A stretch of DNA of 64,000 bases, from assembly GCA_028709785.1 (NCBI GenBank), contig JAQUTK010000003.1, forward strand, positions 7,607-71,606, written 5' to 3'. The notes under the pieces are model-generated. The model was given only the letters and a program-made list of their open reading frames with translations, was not told the origin of the DNA and made no database searches. The position numbers and the translations under genes were made by a program. Below are positions 55,618 to 64,000 of the stretch, piece after piece (position 1 is the stretch's first letter; each line of letters starts with the position of its first letter). The DNA is from Bacteroidales bacterium (GTDB taxonomy: Bacteria; Bacteroidota; Bacteroidia; Bacteroidales; JAQUTK01).

Positions 55618-56484
55618 ATGTTCTGTGAACTCACTGATAGAATAAAGCTTCTTTTTCGCAAGGAAAAGGAGCTTTATTTACTTTATAGGAAGATTTTGGG
55701 ATTTTACCCGGATGATTTGCACTTTTATCAGGTCGCTTTATTACATAAATCTTCTTCTGTCCGTTCAAAAGATGGGCAGCTGATTAATAATGAGCGATTA
55801 GAATTTCTCGGAGATTCAGTTCTTCAGTCTATTGTATCTGCGATACTGTACAGACAATTCCGTCAAAAAGGAGAAGGTTTTCTTACAAATATCCGATCCA
55901 GAATCGTCCAGAGAGAAACGCTTAACCGAATTGCTATCGAGATTGGATTGGATCGTCTCATCAAATCATCCGGTATGCTTAAAACTCAGAAGACGTCTAT
56001 ACCGGGTAATGCCTTTGAGGCTCTTGTCGGTGCAATCTATCTGGATAAAGGATATGATGTGTGTTATCAGTTTATAGAAGAGAAAATCATCAACAGGTAT
56101 TTCAATCTAAAAGAAATAGTCAAAGTAGAGAAAGATTTCAAATCTCAACTGATGGAATGGGGACAGCAAAAGAAAATTCCGATACGCTTTGAACTCATCA
56201 GTTCCTGCGTTGATGCTGAAAACAATCCGATATTTGAAACACAAGTCTTTCTTGCTGATATGAAAGGCGGTAAGGGAGAAGGCACGTCGAAGAAAAAGTC
56301 ACACCAGAAAGCAGCCTTTAAAACACTGGATCTGATTCATAACAATGCTTCTTTTAAGAGTAAGCTTGAAACACTACATGCTGAGAACTCTGCAAAAGGA
56401 TTGTCAGAGGATTTAAAAGAAGCGTCCAAATCTTTTACTTTGTCACAATCCGAAACAGACACCCATTCGCTCCCCCTGGATTAA
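55618..56484 (+). CDS. rnc: Ribonuclease III
   Basis: Signature ERLEFLGDSVL, FEALVGAIYLD, and a C-terminal dsRBD followed by a low-complexity tail of about 45 aa. Confidence 0.9.
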   Translation: MFCELTDRIKLLFRKEKELYLLYRKILGFYPDDLHFYQVALLHKSSSVRSKDGQLINNERLEFLGDSVLQSIVSAILYRQFRQKGEGFLTNIRSRIVQRETLNRIAIEIGLDRLIKSSGMLKTQKTSIPGNAFEALVGAIYLDKGYDVCYQFIEEKIINRYFNLKEIVKVEKDFKSQLMEWGQQKKIPIRFELISSCVDAENNPIFETQVFLADMKGGKGEGTSKKKSHQKAAFKTLDLIHNNASFKSKLETLHAENSAKGLSEDLKEASKSFTLSQSETDTHSLPLD

Positions 56485-57456
56485 TAAAGGATTGTCCCGC
56501 GTAACGGTTTTTAGTTTGCCGGCCACTTCACTCAAAGGTATATCACTTGTTTTTCCATCAACGATGGCCACCATTTTCCCGAAATCACCTTTTGCAGCTA
56601 ATTCTGTTGCGTATCCTCCCAGTTGGGTGGAAAGAATTCTGTCATAAGGAGAAGGGCTCCCTCCTCGTTGTACATAGCCGAGTACTGTGCTGCGTGTTTC
56701 AAGACCGGTACGTTCAGAAATTTCCCTGGATATATATTCTGCAGGTTTCATGTCGTTTTGCGTAGCGATTCCTTCTGCTACGACAATGATAGAATAGTTT
56801 TTCTTTTTCTTTACTCTATCTAATAAATAGTCACAGACCTTCTGAATATCGTATTCCAGTTCGGGAATAAGAATGACATCACCACCTCCTGCCATCCCGG
56901 CATGAAGGGCAATCCAACCGGCATGATGTCCCATCAACTCAATAACCATCGCCCGATGATGCGAAGAGGCGGTAGAGTGAAGTCTGTCTATGGCTTCCGT
57001 TGCGATATTCACTGCGGAGTCAAATCCGAATGAAACCTCGGTTCCCCAGATATCATTGTCGATTGTCTTTGGAATGCCGATTACATTTATCCCGTTTTTT
57101 GCAAGTAAAGCAGCTGTCTTTTGGGTTCCGTTCCCACCAATACAAAGCAAACAATCAAGGCCCATTTCCCGGATATTGTCTTTGACCATCTGAATATCCT
57201 TCTCATCGCCTTTTTTTAGCAATCGCTTCATTTGCTTGTCTCTCGAAGTCCCAAGAATAGTACCGCCTGTGTGCAAAAGACCTGAGAAAGAAGATTCGGT
57301 CATTATTTTGAAATTCTTTTCAAGTATTCCATTATACCCGTTGAAGATGCCGGCGACTTCAAATCCGTGATATGTGATCGCACTCTTTCCTACTCCCCGA
57401 ATGGTTGAATTGATGCCGGGACAGTCTCCCCCGGATGATAATATACCTAGTCTCAT
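56443..57456 (-). CDS. pfkA: 6-phosphofructokinase (phosphoryl donor not assignable from sequence alone)
   Basis: MRLGILSSGGDCPGIN, IGGNGT, PKTIDNDI, MGHHAG. ATG 57456 preferred because a -7 box overlaps the longer ORF's GTG at 57480. Confidence 0.85.
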   Translation of the reverse strand: MRLGILSSGGDCPGINSTIRGVGKSAITYHGFEVAGIFNGYNGILEKNFKIMTESSFSGLLHTGGTILGTSRDKQMKRLLKKGDEKDIQMVKDNIREMGLDCLLCIGGNGTQKTAALLAKNGINVIGIPKTIDNDIWGTEVSFGFDSAVNIATEAIDRLHSTASSHHRAMVIELMGHHAGWIALHAGMAGGGDVILIPELEYDIQKVCDYLLDRVKKKKNYSIIVVAEGIATQNDMKPAEYISREISERTGLETRSTVLGYVQRGGSPSPYDRILSTQLGGYATELAAKGDFGKMVAIVDGKTSDIPLSEVAGKLKTVTRDNPLLIQGERMGVCFGL

Positions 57457-57479
57457 CTTCTGATTAGTTGAATAATTCA

Positions 57480-57487
57480 CAAATATA
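57480..57487 (-). promoter_or_regulatory. Candidate -7 box for the phosphofructokinase gene
   Basis: Minus strand TATATTTG, 24 nt upstream of ATG 57456. Confidence 0.5.
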
Positions 57488-57554
57488 ACTATTTAATAAA
57501 TAGGAGCGAGGTGAAAAAGAAGAAAGCATTCGGAAGAGAATTCAAAAAAAAGCG

Positions 57555-57562
57555 TACTTTTG
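57555..57562 (+). promoter_or_regulatory. Candidate -7 box for the GH3-lipoprotein-comM unit
   Basis: TACTTTTG, 31 nt upstream of ATG 57593. Confidence 0.55.
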
Positions 57563-57592
57563 TGTTTTCAATAAGAAATTAGTCTGAAAATC

Positions 57593-59101
57593 ATGAATAT
57601 TAGCAAGTTGCTTTGCACTTTTTTCCGATATCGCCTGCATCAGATCGACCGGTACAAAAGTCACAGTAAAGAAATACAAACCGAGCAACTGAAACAACTT
57701 CTTTCTACTGCGTCCACAACCGAATGGGGGGTTAAGTATAGTTATGCGAAGATACGCTCTTACAAAGAGTACTCAGCTACCGTACCCCTGCAAACCTATG
57801 AAGATGTGAAGGGATATATAGACAGGATGCACAATGGAGAACAAAATGTACTGTGGCCTACAGAGGTGAAATTTTTCGCCAAGTCTTCCGGTACCACCAA
57901 TGATAAAAGTAAATTTATTCCGGTGAGTAAAGAAGCGCTCAAGCACTGTCATTACAGAGGAGGGGCTGATGCTGTCGCGCTCTATTCCCGCATGAATCCA
58001 AACAATCACTTTTTCTCGGGAAAAGGATTGATTCTTGGTGGAAGCCATAGTGGAAAGAACTCTGCAAATGGGTATCTCACGGGAGACCTTTCGGCTATAC
58101 TTTTGGAAAATGCAATGCCATTGGTCAATTTCCTGCGTGTTCCATCCAAGAAAGTTGCTTTGATGAGTGAGTGGGAAAGCAAGATTCAGGCGATCATAGA
58201 TAGTACTGAACATGTTAACGTGACGAGTCTTTCCGGCGTCCCTTCCTGGTTTCTGACACTCATTAAAAACATGCTTCATAAAACCGGCAAGAAAAATCTG
58301 CAGGAGATCTGGCCTAATCTGGAAGTTTTCTTTCATGGAGGGGTGGGTTTCGGTCCTTATCGGGAAGATTATAAAGAACTGATTCCAAACGATAAGATGT
58401 TTTATGTGGAAACATACAATGCATCAGAGGGCTTTTTTGGCATACAAAATGATCAGCTTGATTCTTCCATGTTGTTAATGATTGATCTCGGTATATTCTT
58501 TGAGTTTATTCCCATGACTGTTTTTGGAACAGAATCACAATATACCCTTCCATTGTGGGAAGTGGAAACCGATAAAAATTATGCGTTGGTTATTTCTACC
58601 AACAGCGGACTCTGGCGATATATCATCGGTGATACTGTGAAGTTTACCGGTAAGGATCCCTACAAATTTGTGATTACCGGACGTACAAAGCATTACATCA
58701 ATACGTTTGGAGAAGAAGTCATTGTTGACAATGCTGAAAAAGCACTCCTGAAGGCAACAGAAGTAACCGGTGCGGTTGTCAAAGAGTATACAGCGGCACC
58801 TGTTTACATGTCTGCTCACTCGAAAGGACGCCATCAATGGCTGATTGAGTTTAGCAAGAAGCCTGAATCTCTGGCTGCATTTGCTGAAATACTGGATAAC
58901 TCACTACAGGAAATCAATTCCGATTACGAAGCAAAACGATACAAAGACCTCACTCTGTTGCAACTTGATATTGTTGAGGCAAAGGCTAATCTTTTCGATG
59001 AATGGCTGAAAAAAGAGGGAAAGTTGGGTGGCCAACATAAAGTGCCCCGCTTGTCCAACGATCGAAAAATTATTGAGAAAATATTAGAACTGAATCAATG
59101 A
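57593..59101 (+). CDS. GH3 (auxin-responsive promoter/JAR1-like) family acyl-adenylate-forming enzyme homolog
   Basis: 502 aa; FAKSSGTTNDKSKFIPVS and YNASEGFFG motifs are typical of bacterial GH3-family proteins. Confidence 0.8.
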   Translation: MNISKLLCTFFRYRLHQIDRYKSHSKEIQTEQLKQLLSTASTTEWGVKYSYAKIRSYKEYSATVPLQTYEDVKGYIDRMHNGEQNVLWPTEVKFFAKSSGTTNDKSKFIPVSKEALKHCHYRGGADAVALYSRMNPNNHFFSGKGLILGGSHSGKNSANGYLTGDLSAILLENAMPLVNFLRVPSKKVALMSEWESKIQAIIDSTEHVNVTSLSGVPSWFLTLIKNMLHKTGKKNLQEIWPNLEVFFHGGVGFGPYREDYKELIPNDKMFYVETYNASEGFFGIQNDQLDSSMLLMIDLGIFFEFIPMTVFGTESQYTLPLWEVETDKNYALVISTNSGLWRYIIGDTVKFTGKDPYKFVITGRTKHYINTFGEEVIVDNAEKALLKATEVTGAVVKEYTAAPVYMSAHSKGRHQWLIEFSKKPESLAAFAEILDNSLQEINSDYEAKRYKDLTLLQLDIVEAKANLFDEWLKKEGKLGGQHKVPRLSNDRKIIEKILELNQ

Positions 59102-59817
59102 AAACAGCTCATGGTTATATCGCGTTGTGTCTGATGTGCATCTTTACCTCGTGTTCCGATGTGTTAAAAGATAAGTTTGACGTATCCGTTCAGTTGGAAA
59201 ACTATTCTGATTCTGTTCTTTATGTATTCTCTAAAGCCGGCGATACAATCCTTCCGGATACTTTGAAGAGAAGTACAGATAGTCTCTTTCACTTTCAAAC
59301 AACTGAGATGGAGACAACTCTGATCGTCTTCGTCTATTCACGTGACAATGGTTTTATCTCTGTCTATCCGGATAAAGATCAGTTGACTATTTCTGTAGCG
59401 GGTGATGCAACGTATCCCGAGCTGGTATGTGTAAATGGGGGTGTGCTAAATGATTCTTTGTCTCGGTTTAAAGCCGAAGCAGATTCTTTGCTTCGACAAT
59501 ACTGCGCATATAATCACAGACTGGAGAGGTCATGGCGTGGAGATAGTATTGCCCTTGCGGATAGTTTGTATCATTCAGATCCGTATATTCAATTACAAAG
59601 AAGGGTCTGCGGAGCCGTTGGAGAATACATGAAACAGCATCCTACCTCCTTGTCCTCGTTATATCTTGTACGTGACTTTTGCACCATGAGAATCCTTCCC
59701 GGAGCTTTGGACACTCTTCTGTCAATACCTCAGAAGCCGCTGATCACAGATCCTTTGTTTTTATCCCTAAAAGAAATTTCGCGGAGTGACAGTGATTCTG
59801 TGAGTATCGTCCAATAA
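59098..59817 (+). CDS. Hypothetical lipoprotein (DUF4369-like N-terminal region, no thioredoxin domain)
   Basis: Lipobox IFTSC. Start overlaps the GH3 stop (ATGA) and the stop overlaps the comM start (TAATG). The domain suggestion is a weak recollection. Confidence 0.55.
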   Translation: MKTAHGYIALCLMCIFTSCSDVLKDKFDVSVQLENYSDSVLYVFSKAGDTILPDTLKRSTDSLFHFQTTEMETTLIVFVYSRDNGFISVYPDKDQLTISVAGDATYPELVCVNGGVLNDSLSRFKAEADSLLRQYCAYNHRLERSWRGDSIALADSLYHSDPYIQLQRRVCGAVGEYMKQHPTSLSSLYLVRDFCTMRILPGALDTLLSIPQKPLITDPLFLSLKEISRSDSDSVSIVQ

Positions 59818-61355
59818 TGTTAGTAAAAGCATATGCCGCAGCACTGCAAGGAATTAGTGCCAATGTCGTTACAATAGAGGTAAACTGTTCGCAGGGAATC
59901 CAGTTCTTTTTGGTCGGATTGCCCGACTCTGCTGTGAAAGAGAGCCATGAGCGTATTGTCTCTGCGCTTCAGGTCAATGGCCACGCATTTCCCCGCAAGC
60001 AATTAATCATCAATATGGCGCCGGCTGACCTTCGTAAAGAGGGAGCAGCCTATGATCTTCCTTTGGCGATAGGTATCATGGCGGCGGCTGAGAAGATACA
60101 GTCAGACAGACTGGGTGATTATATGATGATGGGCGAACTCTCATTGGATGGAACCCTGCAACCTGTCAAAGGAATATTGCCTATAGCAATCAAAGCCAGG
60201 GAGATGGGATTTAAAGGGCTGATCGTACCTATGCAAAATGCCGGTGAAGCAGCGGTGGTCAATAAACTGGAAGTTTATCCGGCAATCAACATTCAGGAAG
60301 TGATCCGTTTTTTTAATGGAGAAGAAACTCTGAAACAGGAAGTGATCGATACCCGTGCACTCTTTTATCAGCAACAACCTGTTTATGATATTGATTTTTC
60401 GGAAGTCAAAGGGCAAGAGAATGTAAAGAGAGCACTGGAGGTGGCTGCGGCCGGAAGTCACAATATAATTCTTATTGGCCCACCGGGGGCTGGTAAATCT
60501 ATGCTTGCCAAACGTCTCCCCACAATACTTCCTCCTCTCACATTACAAGAATCGCTGGAGACAACGAAGATTCATTCTGTCGCAGGGAAGGTGAACAATG
60601 GCGCAGCGTTGATCACTCAACGACCATTCAGGAGTCCGCATCATTCCATCAGTGATGTCGCTATGGTCGGTGGAGGAAGTTTTCCTCAACCCGGAGAAAT
60701 CTCTTTGGCGCACAACGGGATACTTTTTCTGGATGAATTACCTGAATTCAGACGAAACGTACTGGAAGTAATGAGGCAGCCTTTGGAAGATCGGAAGATT
60801 TCCATTTCAAGAGCCCGTTTTACAGTTGAATATCCGGCCGGTTTTATGCTTGTCTCATCCATGAATCCTTGTCCCTGTGGCTACTACAACCATCCGGACA
60901 AACAGTGTGTTTGCTCACCGGGAGCGGTACAGAAATATCTGAGTAAGATCTCCGGTCCGATGCTCGACCGTATCGACATTCATGTGGAGATTGCTCCTGT
61001 TCCTTTTGAAAAAATATCCGAATCCACACAGGCAGAAAGCAGCAGTGCGATTCGTGAACGTGTCATTCGTGCCCGACTAGTCCAGGAAGAGAGATATAAA
61101 AACGAAGAGGGTATCCATGCCAATGCTCAAATCAATTCCAGACTGTTACATCGCTATTGCCAACCCTCCAAACAAGGTCTTGAGCTGCTCAAAACAGCCA
61201 TGGCGCGTCTCTCTTTATCCGCCAGGGCGTATGATCGCATTCTTAAAGTGTCGCGTACGATTGCAGATCTGGAAGGTGCAGAGCATATTGAGGTTCATCA
61301 TATTGCGGAAGCAATCAATTACAGAAGTCTCGATCGGGAAGGGTGGGGTGGCTGA
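59817..61355 (+). CDS. comM: YifB/ComM family Mg-chelatase-like AAA+ ATPase
   Basis: Lon-like N-domain, Walker A GPPGAGKSM, Walker B LFLDELPEF, and a C-terminal Mg_chelatase_C region. Confidence 0.9.
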   Translation: MLVKAYAAALQGISANVVTIEVNCSQGIQFFLVGLPDSAVKESHERIVSALQVNGHAFPRKQLIINMAPADLRKEGAAYDLPLAIGIMAAAEKIQSDRLGDYMMMGELSLDGTLQPVKGILPIAIKAREMGFKGLIVPMQNAGEAAVVNKLEVYPAINIQEVIRFFNGEETLKQEVIDTRALFYQQQPVYDIDFSEVKGQENVKRALEVAAAGSHNIILIGPPGAGKSMLAKRLPTILPPLTLQESLETTKIHSVAGKVNNGAALITQRPFRSPHHSISDVAMVGGGSFPQPGEISLAHNGILFLDELPEFRRNVLEVMRQPLEDRKISISRARFTVEYPAGFMLVSSMNPCPCGYYNHPDKQCVCSPGAVQKYLSKISGPMLDRIDIHVEIAPVPFEKISESTQAESSSAIRERVIRARLVQEERYKNEEGIHANAQINSRLLHRYCQPSKQGLELLKTAMARLSLSARAYDRILKVSRTIADLEGAEHIEVHHIAEAINYRSLDREGWGG

Positions 61356-61404
61356 TCCTCCGGATAATTCTCAGTGCTTCGACTCTTTATTCGCTTCAGA
61401 TATA

Positions 61405-61412
61405 TATCTTTG
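61405..61412 (+). promoter_or_regulatory. Candidate -7 box for the serine peptidase gene
   Basis: TATCTTTG, 40 nt upstream of ATG 61452. Confidence 0.5.
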
Positions 61413-61451
61413 TGCAACAAAATGAATATTAATTGACTTAATTATACGGAT

Positions 61452-62759
61452 ATGAAACGTACAAATTATCTATCCTTGCTTTTGCTTCTAACCTTGACCT
61501 TGTCCGGGTGTTTCTGCTCAAGATCCATCACTGTACAAGATGCGGATCTGCAACAAGCGCTTCGTGCCTTACCAAAGGTAAGTCAGGTCGCCGAAAAGGA
61601 ATCCAAATCTTATTCACAGAAGTATGAGTTCTATATCGAACAGCCCCTGGATTATTCCAATCTCTCAGCGGGTACTTTCAAACAGAGAGTGTTTGTTTAT
61701 CACAGAGGATTTGATCGTCCGGTCGTGCTTGTTACCGAAGGATACGCGGCCGACCGTTATGACAACTCCGGTGATCCGTCACCGCTTGCCTCATTGCTTG
61801 GAGCCAATGTTGTGGTTGTTGAACACCGGTATTTCTCCAAATCAACCCCTGATCCACTCAATTGGGATTATCTGACGGTTGAGAATGCTGCCAACGATTT
61901 GCACCGTATTACAGAAGCATTGAAAACGATTTATCCGAAAAAATGGTTGAGCACCGGTATTAGTAAGGGTGGACAAACGACCCTCTTTTATAGTACATTC
62001 TTCCCCAATGACATGGCCTGTTCGGTGCCTTATGTCGGACCGTTGTGCAGTTCGGCTGCCGATCCGGGACCTTCTAAGTACCTCGAACAGATGGGAACTC
62101 CGGAAGAACGTCAGAAAATTCAGAACTTTCAGATGGAGGTACTCAAGCGACGTGCGCGTTTGGTTCCACTGTTGGAGAAAGCGATTGAGAAGCAAGGAAT
62201 GAAGATTCGGGTCTCCATGGACGAACTCTTTGATAACATGGTACTTGAATATTCATTTGCTTTGCGCCAGTATAACGAGACGTTGGAGAGTATGCCGTCA
62301 TTGGATAGCGACGATCAGACTCTTTTTAATCATTTCGTTACAAAAGTAGGTTTTGATTTCTATCGTACCGATGGATGGAACGGTACCTTCTTTGTGCAGG
62401 CTGTGCGCGAACTGGGCTTTTATACCTATAATATTGAGCCCTTCAAAGAGCTGCTGACCATCAAGCAGTGCGATGATTATGTACAACGTGTCCATGTACC
62501 TGACGGGGTGAATTACTCCTTTGATCCAAAGGTCTATAACAAGGTTGTTGATTATTTGAAGAAGAATGATCCAAACATACTCTTTATCTATGGAGAGAAT
62601 GACCCGTGGACAGGTGCAGCACCAAAGCTTTCAGAAGGTAAGAAGAATGCGAAAGTATTCATTATTCCCGGGAAAGTGCATGATGCCTCTGTGACTTCTC
62701 TTCCGTTGGACACACGGATTGAGGTCGTTAACCAGATCAAGAAGTGGTTGGCAGATTAA
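61452..62759 (+). CDS. Secreted alpha/beta-hydrolase-fold serine peptidase (S28/S37-like) lipoprotein
   Basis: Lipobox LTLSGC and nucleophile elbow GISKGG. Sub-family uncertain. Confidence 0.6.
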   Translation: MKRTNYLSLLLLLTLTLSGCFCSRSITVQDADLQQALRALPKVSQVAEKESKSYSQKYEFYIEQPLDYSNLSAGTFKQRVFVYHRGFDRPVVLVTEGYAADRYDNSGDPSPLASLLGANVVVVEHRYFSKSTPDPLNWDYLTVENAANDLHRITEALKTIYPKKWLSTGISKGGQTTLFYSTFFPNDMACSVPYVGPLCSSAADPGPSKYLEQMGTPEERQKIQNFQMEVLKRRARLVPLLEKAIEKQGMKIRVSMDELFDNMVLEYSFALRQYNETLESMPSLDSDDQTLFNHFVTKVGFDFYRTDGWNGTFFVQAVRELGFYTYNIEPFKELLTIKQCDDYVQRVHVPDGVNYSFDPKVYNKVVDYLKKNDPNILFIYGENDPWTGAAPKLSEGKKNAKVFIIPGKVHDASVTSLPLDTRIEVVNQIKKWLAD

Positions 62760-62809
62760 AACCTGTAACTTCCAGATAATTAGAGTATAATAAACCAAGA
62801 ATAAGACGC

Positions 62810-64000
62810 ATGGAGTTTCCCGTAGATTTTATCCAATCAGTCCGGCAGTTATTGGGTGAGGAGGAGTCTAAGATACTGATTGATTCCCTTCAGGAGACTC
62901 CACCTGTGAGTATCCGTCTCAATCCGTTGAAGCAGATCCCGATACAGGCAACCGATCAGGTCGCTTGGTGTGCCAATGGATACTACCTCTCTGAACGTCC
63001 GTCGTTTACTTTTGACCCCTTGTTTCATGCGGGAACCTATTATGTGCAGGAAGCCTCTTCGATGTTTCTTGAACAGGCCATCCGTGCTATCGTAGCAGAA
63101 AAGCCGTTGCTCTGTCTGGATCTCTGTGCCTCTCCCGGAGGCAAATCCACGCATCTGCTCTCCCTTCTTCCTCCCGGAAGTCTGCTCGTTGCCAACGAGG
63201 TAATCCGTTCGCGTGCCAATGTGCTCTCTGAGAATGTCCGGAAATGGGGTAGTACCCACGCTGTTGTCACCAACAATGATCCAGCGGACTTCAGTGAACT
63301 GAATCATCTGTTTGATGTCATTCTCACCGATGTACCTTGTTCAGGCGAGGGGATGTTTCGTAAAGATAACGATTCAATTGGCGAATGGTCATTCCCCAAT
63401 GTGAAGTTGTGCAGTGAGCGCCAGCGTCGGATTGTCGCTGATGTATGGTCTGCATTAAAACCCGGGGGGTGGCTGATTTATAGTACCTGTACCTACAATA
63501 CGTCCGAGAATGAGGAGAATATACACTGGATATGCGAGGAACTCGGTGCTACCGCCCTCTCGTTTCCATTGGAACCTGCGTGGGGCGTTTCGACAATTGC
63601 TGCATATAACTTACCGGTTCACCGGTTTTTCCCTCACAAGACCAGAGGCGAAGGTTTTTCCCTCACCTTACTTCGTAAAGAGGAGGGTGAATCGCGCACG
63701 GTTTCCCGAAAGAAAAGCAAGAAGAATGTTCGGGTGCCGGATGTACCCGGTCTGGTCCGACAATGGATGCTTGCTCCAGAGGCGTATCAATTTGAACTTA
63801 ATAATGATCTCATTACCGCTATCCCAATCTGTTGGCTGGATACGATCAAACTGCTCGCTGAGCATCTCAAGGTCGTTCCCTCTGCCGTTGAAATCGCCAC
63901 AGTAAAAGGAAAAGACCTGATCCCTCACTTCTCCCTTGCATTTTCCTCCGCCTTAAATAAGGAGGCTTTTCCTCAGTGCGAACTCTCCTGGAAAGAGGCT
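62810..64000 (+). CDS. RsmB/RsmF (NOL1/NOP2/Sun) family RNA cytosine-C5 methyltransferase, 3' end outside window
   Basis: Absent from the ORF track because there is no stop in the window. My translation from ATG 62810: MEFPVDFIQSVRQLLGEEE..., YYVQEASSMF, SAM motif LDLCASPGGKS, catalytic TDVPCSGEGMFRK and YSTCT. Open to nt 64000. Confidence 0.85.
   Translation, partial: MEFPVDFIQSVRQLLGEEESKILIDSLQETPPVSIRLNPLKQIPIQATDQVAWCANGYYLSERPSFTFDPLFHAGTYYVQEASSMFLEQAIRAIVAEKPLLCLDLCASPGGKSTHLLSLLPPGSLLVANEVIRSRANVLSENVRKWGSTHAVVTNNDPADFSELNHLFDVILTDVPCSGEGMFRKDNDSIGEWSFPNVKLCSERQRRIVADVWSALKPGGWLIYSTCTYNTSENEENIHWICEELGATALSFPLEPAWGVSTIAAYNLPVHRFFPHKTRGEGFSLTLLRKEEGESRTVSRKKSKKNVRVPDVPGLVRQWMLAPEAYQFELNNDLITAIPICWLDTIKLLAEHLKVVPSAVEIATVKGKDLIPHFSLAFSSALNKEAFPQCELSWKEA

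Noticed and set aside
57773-58336. 187-aa ORF antisense to the GH3-family gene. Similar antisense ORFs lie at 3208-3696, 50535-50999 and 62849-63307.
   Set aside because: All are nested inside well-supported genes on the opposite strand and show no independent start context or family resemblance.

Overview
This window reads as a densely packed core chromosomal segment of a Bacteroidales-type (phylum Bacteroidota) genome. That assignment rests on protein families recalled from memory and on strong enrichment of the Bacteroides -7 promoter box TAnnTTTG just upstream of start codons; no search was run. I call 56 protein-coding genes (two cut by the window edges), one tRNA(CAU), about ten intrinsic terminators and 25 candidate -7 boxes. 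Gene content, left to right: GH76 fragment; ybaN-like; VOC plus AraC; orphan DUF5131; an exported muropeptide-processing trio (transglutaminase-like lipoprotein, Tat-signal dipeptide epimerase, NlpC/P60); GH29 fucosidase plus AraC; split ThrE exporter; aspC-like, ribBA and a long LptF/G permease; tRNA; AraC plus an MFP-RND-TolC efflux operon; miaB; CoA-transferase and nadB; dcp, dCMP deaminase, S41 protease and 5-FCL; a 15-kb minus-strand block (HAD, rodA, mrdA, mreDCB, purH, ROK glucokinase, DoxX, pckA, korBA, aroK); marC and RNase H; GT9 plus DUF4254; pdxB; acpP-fabF-rnc; pfk; GH3-lipoprotein-comM; a serine peptidase; an RsmB/F-type methyltransferase. I found no transposase, integrase, CRISPR array, rRNA, or recognisable defence or toxin-antitoxin system, and I cannot point to a convincing new multi-gene system. 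The least explained sequence is the 496-bp ORF-free convergent spacer at 1243-1738, with a perfect 21-bp hairpin, interleaved direct repeats and a 15-bp hairpin. Other points worth a second look: a 30-nt repeat at two gene 3' ends, a T14 tract beside the glucokinase promoter, face-to-face promoter boxes at miaB, three convergent gene pairs with 32-44 nt coding overlaps, a PFK with GGNG in place of GGDG, and a translationally coupled GH3-lipoprotein-ComM unit. All family calls are from memory of homologs, and all coordinates were counted by hand from the printed sequence.
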